Part shown: positions 29,876-39,224 of the stretch, in pieces
Position numbering within the stretch: position 1 is the stretch's first letter
Layout: each line of letters starts with the position of its first letter
Source of the DNA: Verrucomicrobiota bacterium
Lineage (GTDB): Bacteria; Verrucomicrobiota; Verrucomicrobiia; Opitutales; Opitutaceae
Direction: 5' to 3'
DNA: 64,000 nt
Assembly: GCA_016721945.1 (NCBI GenBank)
Contig: JADKHC010000019.1
Location: forward strand, 12,370 to 76,369
Position numbers and translations under genes: made by a program
The notes under the pieces: generated by a model
What the model saw: the letters and a program-made list of their open reading frames with translations, nothing else
The model's database searches: none
What the model was told of the DNA's origin: nothing

Positions 29876-32865
29876 ATGCAAAACAGGCACATCTCTGGAA
29901 ACTCTCTGACGGGAAACCAATGTCTTTCTCGCGGAAAAACAGGCGTTATTATTTCCTTCGCCTTACTTTTTATCATCGGTGGCATGGGATTGACGGGGTG
30001 CAAGCGTGAGAAAAAATGCGCGCCCGATAACAACAACAACCAGTCCGCACCGGTAACGCCGAAGCCGACGACCATTTCTCTCGCCGGAACCGAGGACACG
30101 CCGGTGGTCATCGATTTCAATCAGGTGTTTGGCGTTTCCAGCACGACGTGGGCGACGAGCGTCCCGCCGACCAACGGTACGCTCGCCATCGCTGGCAATC
30201 ACGTCACCTATACGCCTGCGTTGGATTGGTCGGCATTGATGAATTTTCCCTGACTAACACTCCGGGCGGCACGCCGTATATTGTCCGTCTTTCGATCGTG
30301 GTGGTGAACGATGCGCCGACGATCAGTGGCGTGCCTGCCACCCTGAGTGCCAACCCCGGTCAGATCATAACCTTTACGGCCACCCTAAGCGATCCCGACA
30401 GTCCGCTCCAGACGCCGACGTTCACTTCGTCGGCCGTTGGCGTGATTCCGACGGTCACGGGCGCGGGCGGTCCTCCTGCGTGGGTGGTCACCGCGACGGT
30501 GAGTGCCTCCGCTACCGCTGGGCAGACGACGGATATCGCTGTTCGGGCGACGGACGGAACCACACCGACCACCGCAACGTGTCGTGTGACAGTGACGGCG
30601 GTTGACTTCGTCGATGTGCTGGTCGGCCCCGGCATGCGCGGTGGCCCGAGCGAGGCCGGCACGTTGTTCACTTTGAATCCCGCGAACAGCGCCACGAATC
30701 TCACGAGTCCGTTCACCGGCCTGCCGTTCTACAACGACCAAGGTCCTACCTGTGGCTTTGTTTACAACAGCGGCGACGGCATGATGTACGCCCTGGCCAA
30801 CGTCGGCGGCAGCGCCAGCAGTGGAGCCATCGTCCGTTTCCCGCCGGATCACCCGGAGCAGATGGTGACGTTGTACAGCTTCACCCGCCCCATCGACGGC
30901 GGGTTTCCGACGAGTACTCCGGCCCTGATCAATGGCGCATTGTATGGCGTGACGATGAGCGGGGGGGCCAGTGACCATGGTACAATCTGGAAATTCGATC
31001 TGGCCACGCGGACGCTGCGCATCCTCGCCAAGCTCGGCCTGACTGATGTCGCGGGGTCTCCGCCCACGGTGAATTCCCAGGTCTGTAATTTCGGGCCGAT
31101 CAGCGATGGCAGTGGCGGACTTTATGTCGGCTTTGCCGATGGTCACGCTTGGGTGCGAATCCGGACCGATTTGGGTGATGCGATTGAGATCCCGGGCGGT
31201 GTTGATGGGAATACATGGGCCTTCGCGAAGGACTCGTTGCAAAACGGTTACGGAGTCGAGCAATCGGCCGGCGGATCGACCCTCTGGCAGATGAAGTTGA
31301 ATCCGGGCCAGGATATTTTTCAAGGTGCCAACATGACCATCTGGAACGGCACTGATATGGGCTTTGGTTGGGACATCGAGGCCTTGGTTCATTCCGATTC
31401 CAGTAACCAGTTCCTATTCGTGACAAGCTTTGCCTCACCCTCCAATAGTTACCGTGGACGGTTAGTAAAAATCAACTCGGTCAGTAACCTGACCACAGTG
31501 TACAATTTTCCCGCCAACAGTCCGCTGGCTAGTCCTTTCGGCATGCAAGCCCTGCCGATGGGGAAACTTCTGGGAGTTTCGGACGCCGACGGGGTTTCCC
31601 AAACCCTTTGGCATGCAGATACGGCTACGTACCAGCCCCAAGTGGTCTTGCGGGCGGCGGCCTACGAGTCACTGAGCTCGCTGATCGGAGTCGGTCCGCG
31701 CCAGGGCTTCGTTTGGAGTGCTCCTTTAGACGGTCTGGCCTCCTTCAACTTGACCCCGACACTCATCACTTACCATATCGACGATGGTTCGGCGACCCGG
31801 ACGACGTTGGGTTACACCGAGGGCAGCAGCCCGGTGGGCGCGCCCGTCGCTTTGGCCGATGGCACCTTGTGCGGTCTTTGCACTGAAAATGGATTTAAGA
31901 TTCACAATGCCGGCTATCCTGGCGGAACGCGGTTTTATCGCTGGAATCCGCTGACTGGCCAACGTACCCGCCTGAACAATGAGAGGGATTACACCAATCT
32001 GACTTATCCACCGGTGCGCAGCTCGAACGTTGCCGACCTCAATCTCTACACCGTGGGATATTTCGAATCAGGCACCTTGGCTTCCCCCACCGCCTCTTGG
32101 CGCCTCTTGGTGACCAACGCGCAGACCGGCGTTAACGCGACGGCAATCTCTCTCGGAGAAACCGTGCCGCATACCGATCTCTCCTACCGTGCCCGCGGTG
32201 CCTCTGTGGTTGCCAACCCAGTCGCCACCGGCTCGCCCATGACCGTCTATGCGTGCAGCCAGACTCAGGTGGTGTCCATCCCGGTCGGCAGCTCCACCGT
32301 CACCACGATCGGTTCGCTGCCCGCTGGTTCGGTGACGGTGGGCGCGCCCCTGATCCAGGGCACCACCCTCATCGCTTGCTATTCCGATGCGACCAGCGGC
32401 GGCATCGCCCGCTTTGATCTCGCGGGCACCCTGCCCGTTACGCCAACCCTCATCGCGTTGCCGGTCGGCGAATATTTCGACTGCACGCCGTTTGTCGCTG
32501 CGGATGGTTCGGTTTATGTCGTTTCAGCCTTTGAAAGCGCCGGTGGCGGCATGCTCTATCGCTTCAACATGGCGACGGGTGTGCTCACCCAAGTGATGAC
32601 GATCAGCCAATCCGCGACTGCGGTGCTGAAAGCCTGCCCGCGCGGCACCCTTTGCCAAACCGCCGATGGCACAATCTGGGGCGTGGCCACGATCACCAGC
32701 GGTCATGGCCTGCTGGCCGACGATGCGACCAGCGGCTCCTACATCTGGGGCTACCACAGCAACGGACAGATGACCTACCAACCGCTGACGCGCAAACAAG
32801 GTTTCGGCGATACCTTCCCTGGATTGACCAAGGCCACCGTGAACCGGCTCCTCCTGACCAATTAG
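29876..32865 (+). pseudogene. Frameshifted, or sequencing-error-split, large lipoprotein: cadherin-like modules plus GloVer (TIGR03803-type) repeats
   Basis: ORF 29876..30253 encodes the lipobox GMGLTGC and ...NGTLAIAGNHVTYTPALDW, then stops. The same module continues in the next frame (ORF 30148..32865) as GIDEFSLTNTPGG. Frame junction at about 30229/30230. GloVer-like units occur downstream: GAIVRF...LYSF...GGFPTSTPALINGALYGVTMSGGASDHGTIWKFD. Confidence 0.7.
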
Positions 32866-32912
32866 GTGTTGTCAGCAGTTATACTTTGCACTGCGCGCCA
32901 CCTCAAGGCACC

Positions 32913-34562
32913 ATGAAGCATTCATATCGCCGGAGTTTTCTTCTCGCCCTGTTTCTTCTTGTTCGGTTGGCGCTGAGCGCGACGGCCGCTGATACTGCTC
33001 AGTCGGCGCAGACCAGTACATCGATGGCAAAACCATCGAGAGGCGTAGTAGAAGGCGTGCCTGTCGTTGTCTGGGGGCGGACTCTAGTGACTTACCGGCT
33101 GGGCATGGAGTTCTCTGACGCCAATCAGCGTGCGCGAGCGGCGGAAGAGCGAATAGCCAACGCACTTGGTTCAATTAAGACAGATGACCTCGTCGTTCAA
33201 CCCATGCAGATCGGTGACGTACGTGGCTTTTCTATTTCGGCCGGTCAGGTATTTCTACTCAAAGTGATGTCAGGTGATCTGGAGCCCGAAGAGAATCAGG
33301 CTTTGGAAAAAGTGGCTGAAAACGTCGTGACGGAAATTCGTGCTCTCGTACATGATCACGCAGCTCAACACTCGGTTACTTTGCTGATTCGAGCGGGCGT
33401 ACGTTCACTTATAGCGACAGTTTTGTTTGCGGCGCTCTGGGTTCTGAGCCTTTGGCTTAAAGCACGACTGCTTCTCCGTATCGCGAAAAGCACTGAGCCG
33501 ACAGACCAAATGTTCAACGTCTTTGGTTACGACTGGCGGCCCATTTTTCTTGGGATTGCGACGACCTTGACAAGGTTGCTCATGCTAGCGGTGGTGCTCA
33601 GCTGTGCTTATCTTTGGGCGACTTTTGTGCTCAGCCAGTTTCCCTACACCCGGCATTGGGGGGAGCAATTGGGTAGCTACCTTCTCAATGCTGTCTCCAG
33701 CCTCGCGCACGGCGCAATTGGTGAGATTCCAAATTTCACTGTCCTGATCGTCATTCTGCTTGTCGCCCGCGGCCTGATTCGGATTTTGAATGGTTGGTTT
33801 TCAGCCATCGAATCAGGAAAACATTTAAACACCTGGCTCGACCTCGAGGCAGCGCGGGCGACGAGGCGGTTGGCAGGCATTGGCGTGTGGGTTGTTGCGC
33901 TGGTAGTAGCTTTTCCGTACCTCCCGGGATCTCGATCGGAGGCGTTTAAAGGCATATCGGTTTTTCTCGGGCTTATGCTCTCACTGGGAGGCGCTAGCTT
34001 TGTGAGTCAGATTATTGGTGGTCTAGCTGCGATATATTCGCGCGCCGTAAGGTCTGGTGACTACATCATTGTGGGGGAAACCCAAGGCACGGTGAAAGAA
34101 ATGGGATTACTGACCACGAAAGTGATCACCCGCACGCGCGAGGAAGTTACGATCCCGAACTCGATTCTGATTAGTTCGGCAATCAGGAATCTTTCACGGG
34201 GCGCTGGCAATTCGACGCTTTTGTCCACCACTGTCACGATCGGCTATGATGCACCGTGGCGGCAAGTCCAGGCCATGCTACTTCAGGCGGCAGCCATAAT
34301 CGAAGGTATTCTGCAAACTCCACCGCCCTTTGTGTTGCAGACGGCGCTCGACGATTTCTACGTGCGCTACGAACTCACGGTTTGTGTTAAAAGCTCGTTG
34401 GAGCGCAGCGAGATCACGGACCGTCTTCACGGAAAAATACAGGATGTCTTCAACGAGAACGGAGTGCAAATCATGTCGCCGCACTTCTTAAATCAGCCGT
34501 CAACTGCGATCGTGGTCCCTAAAGATCGCTGGCACCCTGCACCGGCAAAACCTACTGCTTGA
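32913..34562 (+). CDS. MscS-family mechanosensitive channel with an N-terminal periplasmic domain
   Basis: ORF 32652..34562 trimmed to the ATG at 32913 (MKHSYRRSFLLALFLLVRLALSA, a signal). Multiple TMs, then the MscS core SQIIGGLAAIYSRAVRSGDYIIVGETQGTVKEMGLLTTKVITRTREEVTIPNS. Confidence 0.85.
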   Translation: MKHSYRRSFLLALFLLVRLALSATAADTAQSAQTSTSMAKPSRGVVEGVPVVVWGRTLVTYRLGMEFSDANQRARAAEERIANALGSIKTDDLVVQPMQIGDVRGFSISAGQVFLLKVMSGDLEPEENQALEKVAENVVTEIRALVHDHAAQHSVTLLIRAGVRSLIATVLFAALWVLSLWLKARLLLRIAKSTEPTDQMFNVFGYDWRPIFLGIATTLTRLLMLAVVLSCAYLWATFVLSQFPYTRHWGEQLGSYLLNAVSSLAHGAIGEIPNFTVLIVILLVARGLIRILNGWFSAIESGKHLNTWLDLEAARATRRLAGIGVWVVALVVAFPYLPGSRSEAFKGISVFLGLMLSLGGASFVSQIIGGLAAIYSRAVRSGDYIIVGETQGTVKEMGLLTTKVITRTREEVTIPNSILISSAIRNLSRGAGNSTLLSTTVTIGYDAPWRQVQAMLLQAAAIIEGILQTPPPFVLQTALDDFYVRYELTVCVKSSLERSEITDRLHGKIQDVFNENGVQIMSPHFLNQPSTAIVVPKDRWHPAPAKPTA

Positions 34563-34810
34563 GCTAATGCAGTTCCTGTAAAACTGTAGCCGAATTTCCG
34601 GAAACTATTTTGACTGAAATTGTCTTCGGGTACGCGACCGCTGGGCGCGCCGGTTTTTTTGCCCTACCTCGAACGGCTACGGTTTAACTGAAACTGCTAT
34701 AATACCGACTTGGAGAAGTGTGGCGGACGGAACAGGCTCGGTGTGGTGGCGGATGGGGCGATGACGGAGCGTTGCCTATTTCGAACAGAAGGCGTGGACG
34801 GAAATTGTTT

Positions 34811-34901
34811 TTCTTTGCGGCTCTGCGCCTCCGCGTGAGCCAAAAGAACAATCAACAGTCGCGGAGAGGAGTTTCACGCAAAGGCGCCAAGCCGCAAAGG
34901 G
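34811..34901. repeat. Palindromic 'CACGCAAAG/CTTTGCGTG' element (copy related to 43678-43771)
   Basis: ttctttgcggctctgcgcctccgcgtgag ... tcacgcaaaggcgccaagccgcaaaggg. The arms are reverse complements of each other and resemble the arms at 43678-43771. Confidence 0.7.
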
Positions 34902-34950
34902 CGGAAATCAGATCGTCCTTGCGGGAATGGTGGTGGAAGGTAGTTTGGGG

Positions 34951-35850
34951 ATGAATATGGCGCGAACTCTTTTGATTCTTTTTGCGATCATTATCCTTTC
35001 AATACGCGTGCATGCTGACTCGTGGGTAACGCCGACTGACGATCTCCAAGTGTTTTCTGGAAATGGGAAATTTCGGTTCACCGCCCTTTTGCCGAAAAGG
35101 GATAACGTCGCTTGGCCTCGTCACGCAATCAAGGCCGCATCGAAAAATAAACAAGACGATTCTAGTCGTGGAGATAGTTGCATTGGGAAACTCGAAGTCG
35201 TCGGGCCTAAGGGGGATTCGACAACGCTCTGGATGCGACCGCTTGTGAATTCTGTGACGCCCCTAAAAGTCATTGTGGCAGATAGTGGCAAATACGTAGT
35301 GACCTTTGATAATTGGTTCGGCGTGGGAACAGATCCGATTGTTATCTACAACGAACGAGGTGATCTGATTAGGCGCCATACCTTGGAAAGTCTGGGACTA
35401 ATAAAGTTTACACGAGGTGCAGCTGAGTACGACATTGAGGATCCTTTGATTGATTCCAGTACCGCCAGCATATACTGGCAAAGTAATGCCATCGTGCAGC
35501 TTTCTGAAGACCAGCAATTCCTTCTGGCGAGGTTATATTGGGGGTATACATTCTCGGTTCGCTTGAGTGATGGCATTGTTTCCATTGATTGTGAGAGGTA
35601 CCACGCACAGCTACGGAAGAAAATGGAGGAGAAGATAATGGCTGGGTTTTTATCGCCTGACGCCCGATCACATAGGGTAGCGGCAATCTTGGCTGGATAC
35701 AGCGGAGATAAAAATTATATCCCCGCTCTTCGGCCGCTACTTCTAGATAAGAGTTTCAACATCTCTAAAACATCGATCAACGGCAGGTACGACCATTCAG
35801 CACGTAATTATGAAATTCGGGAAGCTGCGGTATCAGCGTTGAAAAGATGA
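34951..35850 (+). CDS. Secreted hypothetical protein with a C-terminal HEAT-like repeat
   Basis: ORF 34927..35850. Likely start is MNMARTLLILFAIIILSIRVHA, a signal peptide. The C-terminus RVAAILAGYSGDKNYIPALRPLLLD...IREAAVSALKR looks like a PBS-lyase HEAT repeat. Visibly more A+T-rich than the flanks. Confidence 0.6.
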   Translation: MNMARTLLILFAIIILSIRVHADSWVTPTDDLQVFSGNGKFRFTALLPKRDNVAWPRHAIKAASKNKQDDSSRGDSCIGKLEVVGPKGDSTTLWMRPLVNSVTPLKVIVADSGKYVVTFDNWFGVGTDPIVIYNERGDLIRRHTLESLGLIKFTRGAAEYDIEDPLIDSSTASIYWQSNAIVQLSEDQQFLLARLYWGYTFSVRLSDGIVSIDCERYHAQLRKKMEEKIMAGFLSPDARSHRVAAILAGYSGDKNYIPALRPLLLDKSFNISKTSINGRYDHSARNYEIREAAVSALKR

Positions 35851-36242
35851 CGGCGCGTTACTGTTAACGCGCCGTATCCATTAAAACCTTACTTCTTCTT
35901 CGCGGCGCGGGCTTCTTCCACCGCGGCTTGGGCGGCGGCGAGGCGGGCGACGGGGACGCCGAAGACTGCACCCAAGACATCTGCATCACGAACCAACGCG
36001 ATCAATGATCGCTTCAGAATCGTCACCTTTACCATCAGTCAATGGGGTCCTCGCTCGGACTCATACCCCTCAATGCACAGCTATTGATAAAGTATTGGCG
36101 CAACAGAAGGAAGATGCCCGCCAAAAAACCGCAGAGATCGATAGGGCTACGCGGCAGGCAGTCTATAAAGCATGGGTAGCGAAGATTCGAATACCAGAGT
36201 ACCTCAAGAGTATGGATCCTCGGGAATTCGAGAACAACCGCC

Positions 36243-37325
36243 TCACGTCCGCACGGCCCAGCGGAGTTTCGCGGAAGAACTGCGTGGGTTGTCACGACGT
36301 TCTTCTGGACTGGCGCGGATAATTTCTTCGTTAGTCGCGGAATATAATCCGGTGCGCACGCCATCGCGGAAGGCATGTTTCACGCGGCGATCTTCGCCTG
36401 AATGAAACGTGAGAATCGCCACGCGTCCGCCGGATTTCAGGCAAGCGGGTAGCAGGCGGAGGAACATATCGAGCGCGCCAAATTCGTCGTTCACTGCAAT
36501 GCGCAACGCCTGAAACACGCGGCGCACGCAATCGTCGTCAGCTTCCGGTTCGTGACGGAATTTATGGAGATTAAGGATGGTTCGGATCGTCTCGGCGAGT
36601 TGCAGTGTTCGCGTAAACGGCGTTTTGCTGCGGCGCGCGGTGAGTTCGCGAGCGAGTAATTCGGCCTGAGGCTCGTCGGCATTTTCGGTGAGCGCGGTGG
36701 CCAGTTTTTCGGTGGAAATTTTGGCCAGCCATTCGCTTGCCGATGGCGGACGGGTTGGGTTCAGGCGCAGATCGAGCGGACAGTCGGTTTTGAAAGTGAA
36801 GCCGCGCGCCGGGTCGTCGATCTGCATCGATGAAACGCCGAGATCGGCGAGGATGGCGTCGGCACCAGCGAGTCCGAGTTCAGCGAGCACTTTGGACAGC
36901 CCGGCGAAGTTGGAGCGGACTGGCGTAAAAACATCTTCGCCAAAACCAGCGGCACGCAGGCGAGCGATAGTTTTAGGCTGTTCGATTGGATCGACATCGA
37001 GGCCGATGAGACGGCCGCCCGGGGTGAGGCGCGCCAGTGATTCCCGTGCGTGACCGCCGAAGCCGAGCGTGCAATCCACAGCGATTTCGCCGGGTGCGAG
37101 CGCGAGCACTTCGAGAATCTCCGCCACCATGATTGGCCGGTGCGTGCCCGCAGGCGTCTTGCCCGAGGCGAGGACCTTGGCCACATCGGCGGCGTAACGC
37201 TCCGGATTTAGCTCCTTATATTTCTCCTCAAACCGCCGCGGATTTTTCCCCGCATAGCGTGGTCGCCGCTTGTGCGGGGTGGACGCGCTTGGTTCGGGTG
37301 ATGTGGAGTCGGAGTTAGGCATCAA
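36243..37325 (-). CDS. rsmH: 16S rRNA (cytosine1402-N4)-methyltransferase
   Basis: 360 aa. HRPIMVAEILEVL, DCTLGFGGHA, DLGVSSMQID, LTFHSGEDRRVK. It carries an N-terminal extension of about 55 aa. Confidence 0.9.
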   Translation of the reverse strand: MMPNSDSTSPEPSASTPHKRRPRYAGKNPRRFEEKYKELNPERYAADVAKVLASGKTPAGTHRPIMVAEILEVLALAPGEIAVDCTLGFGGHARESLARLTPGGRLIGLDVDPIEQPKTIARLRAAGFGEDVFTPVRSNFAGLSKVLAELGLAGADAILADLGVSSMQIDDPARGFTFKTDCPLDLRLNPTRPPSASEWLAKISTEKLATALTENADEPQAELLARELTARRSKTPFTRTLQLAETIRTILNLHKFRHEPEADDDCVRRVFQALRIAVNDEFGALDMFLRLLPACLKSGGRVAILTFHSGEDRRVKHAFRDGVRTGLYSATNEEIIRASPEERRDNPRSSSAKLRWAVRT

Positions 37326-37373
37326 TTGTCTTTTGCGTTATTTAAGAGGTGAGTTTGAAGAGTGTGGTTGTTG

Positions 37374-37682
37374 TCACGCTGCACTCAATTCACGCGGCTT
37401 CACTTCGCGTTCGATTTTGGCACCCAATTCGCGCTTAGCTTTGCGCAGATCGCAATCGGTTTGGAGGCGCAGCCACCAGCCTTCTGAGAGACCGAAGTAA
37501 CGATCGAGCCGCAGGCCGGTATCGGCCGTGACTGCACGCTCACCGGCTAGGATTGCGGTGATGCGAGTGAGCGGCACACCGATGTCTTTTGCCAAGCGGT
37601 ACGCGGTGAGGTCCATCGGCTTCAGAAAATCTTCGGAAAGCATTTCGCCGGGAGTCAGAAGGGGAATGAGTTTAGTTTTCAT
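37374..37682 (-). CDS. higA: HigA-family antitoxin (XRE HTH)
   Basis: 102 aa. PGEMLSEDFLKPMDLTAYRLAKDIGVPLTRITAILAGERAVTADTGLRLDRYFGLSEGWWLRLQTDCDL, the canonical HigA signature. Confidence 0.9.
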   Translation of the reverse strand: MKTKLIPLLTPGEMLSEDFLKPMDLTAYRLAKDIGVPLTRITAILAGERAVTADTGLRLDRYFGLSEGWWLRLQTDCDLRKAKRELGAKIEREVKPRELSAA

Positions 37683-37684
37683 TT

Positions 37685-37966
37685 TTAGTGGTAGTCGACG
37701 ATTTCAACTTCTTTGACGCCAGCAGTCGTCCAGTGGAAGCAGATGCGCCATTGGTTGTTGATGCGGATGGAGTGCTGGCCTTTTCGCTCGCCCTTCAATG
37801 TTTCGAGTCGGTTGCCCGGTGGCACGCGTAGATCGGAGAGTTGTTTCGCGAGGTTGATTTGAATGAGCTTTCTGAGTGCCGTTGATTGGATTTGCGGAGG
37901 AAATTCTGGCGTCTGCTCGCCGTCGAAAATTGCCTTCGTGGCATCGCAAGCAAAAGTGAGAATCAT
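37685..37966 (-). CDS. higB: HigB-family toxin (plasmid maintenance system killer, RelE/ParE fold)
   Basis: ORF trimmed to MILTFACDATKAIFDGE... (93 aa). ...LRVPPGNRLETLKGERKGQHSIRINNQWRICFHW is typical HigB. It ends 3 nt before higA starts. Confidence 0.88.
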   Translation of the reverse strand: MILTFACDATKAIFDGEQTPEFPPQIQSTALRKLIQINLAKQLSDLRVPPGNRLETLKGERKGQHSIRINNQWRICFHWTTAGVKEVEIVDYH

Positions 37967-38237
37967 CTTGTTTGGAAGGTTACGCATCGCGTTACTAACG
38001 TCAAGCGTAAGCACCCGACTTTTTCGACGATTGGCCTATTCGCATGGAGCAGCGGATGTACTGGGCCGCGCTTCAACAATAGGTGGGTGGAGTGGTATCC
38101 GTGAGTGCCGGTCTACAGGACGCCAAGGTGCTGCTTTGGATCTTACAAACGTAATGCAGCGGAGCCATGAAAATGGTACAACTGACCGCTTCAGGCTCTT
38201 CTATTTCGCCGGTTCATACTCTTGGAGCGACAGGGGG

Positions 38238-39053
38238 CTATGGGTTTTCTCCCTGTATTCCGGTTTTTAGTTTCTGGATCTGATAAGGATATCGTCCTTC
38301 AATCTTGGTGATACGTACAGAATGGCCCGCGGTCTTTTCGAAAGACACTACGATCCGGTCATTGATAGGTTCTTTGTCAGCGAGTTTGATCCACCCGCGC
38401 ACGTTGTAGGTGAAAAAACCGGTGGTTTTCGAATCAGCGGTTTCGATGAACCAATTGAGTTTAGAGCTATTGAAGATTTTCTTTGCAGACACGTCTTCCT
38501 TGCAGCTGGGAAAGTTCCCGACGGGCTCTATTTGGGTACTATATTCGAAATAGCTGCGGAGTAGTTCAATGACTTCGAGTGATTCTGGCGGTGGATAAGG
38601 CCTGTGCATAAACTGGTCTTCAACACAGGTTATGGTGAGAGGGTTTCCATCGACCTGTTCAAAGAATACGACTGCCTCAATACTGCTTTGCCTCCGGTCA
38701 GCCAACTTTACCCAGCCCACGACTTTGATGGTGAAATATCCGATCGATTTAACACCACGTTTCGCAACTTCCCAATTCGGTACTCTTTTTGCGCCCTTTC
38801 CTTTTGGCGGATTTCCGACGGGTGATATTTCAGAAATAAATTCGAAGTGCTGGTCGAAATATTTTGCCTTAATCAGCTGATCTTTGATTTCGCCGGGTTC
38901 AGTACGGTTTTCGATAACGATCGAATTGCCGAGGACATATAGTAGCACAAAGCCAACGATGCCAATGCTGCCAAGAATCACTCCTGGCCACGTGAACCAA
39001 AAAGTTTTTCGATCATATTCATCTGAGGATATGGGCTGTAGGTCCTTCGTCAT
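38238..39053 (-). CDS. Membrane-anchored hypothetical protein with two tandem ~95-aa repeats
   Basis: ORF 38238..39434 trimmed to the ATG at 39053, because the longer version overlaps the lysS promoter and start. TM WPGVILGSIGIVGFVLLYVL. Repeat 1 ...EISPVGNPP...GYFTIKVVGWVKLADRRQ...; repeat 2 ...QIEPVGNFP...GFFTYNVRGWIKLADKEP.... Confidence 0.6.
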   Translation of the reverse strand: MTKDLQPISSDEYDRKTFWFTWPGVILGSIGIVGFVLLYVLGNSIVIENRTEPGEIKDQLIKAKYFDQHFEFISEISPVGNPPKGKGAKRVPNWEVAKRGVKSIGYFTIKVVGWVKLADRRQSSIEAVVFFEQVDGNPLTITCVEDQFMHRPYPPPESLEVIELLRSYFEYSTQIEPVGNFPSCKEDVSAKKIFNSSKLNWFIETADSKTTGFFTYNVRGWIKLADKEPINDRIVVSFEKTAGHSVRITKIEGRYPYQIQKLKTGIQGENP

Positions 39054-39224
39054 GTGAGTCTGCGGGTTACCTATGCTCCATGGCGGCGAACCAATTGAGT
39101 CCAGGATCTGCTGGCAAGTGCGTAACCAGGTGCGACGGAAAATCTTTGCATGCACCTCGCCGGAAAGTTGAAATATAGTTTCCATTTGCCCCGGGGGCGG
39201 CGGCTCTTCACGGTTTCCGGTTCC

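Noticed and set aside
30385-31392. 335-aa minus-strand ORF
   Set aside because: Antisense to the GloVer-repeat gene. Arg/Gly/Asp-rich composition and no motifs.
35891-36030. Short minus-strand frame ending ...GVPVARLAAAQAAVEEARAAKKK*
   Set aside because: It has a protein-like Ala/Lys-rich C-terminus, but it is under 60 codons with no ATG start in frame. It could be a gene remnant, and the evidence is insufficient.
36005-36322. 105-aa plus-strand ORF in the low-GC gap
   Set aside because: Its last 80 nt overlap the 3' end of rsmH on the opposite strand. It has no motif and no obvious RBS, so it cannot be supported as a gene.
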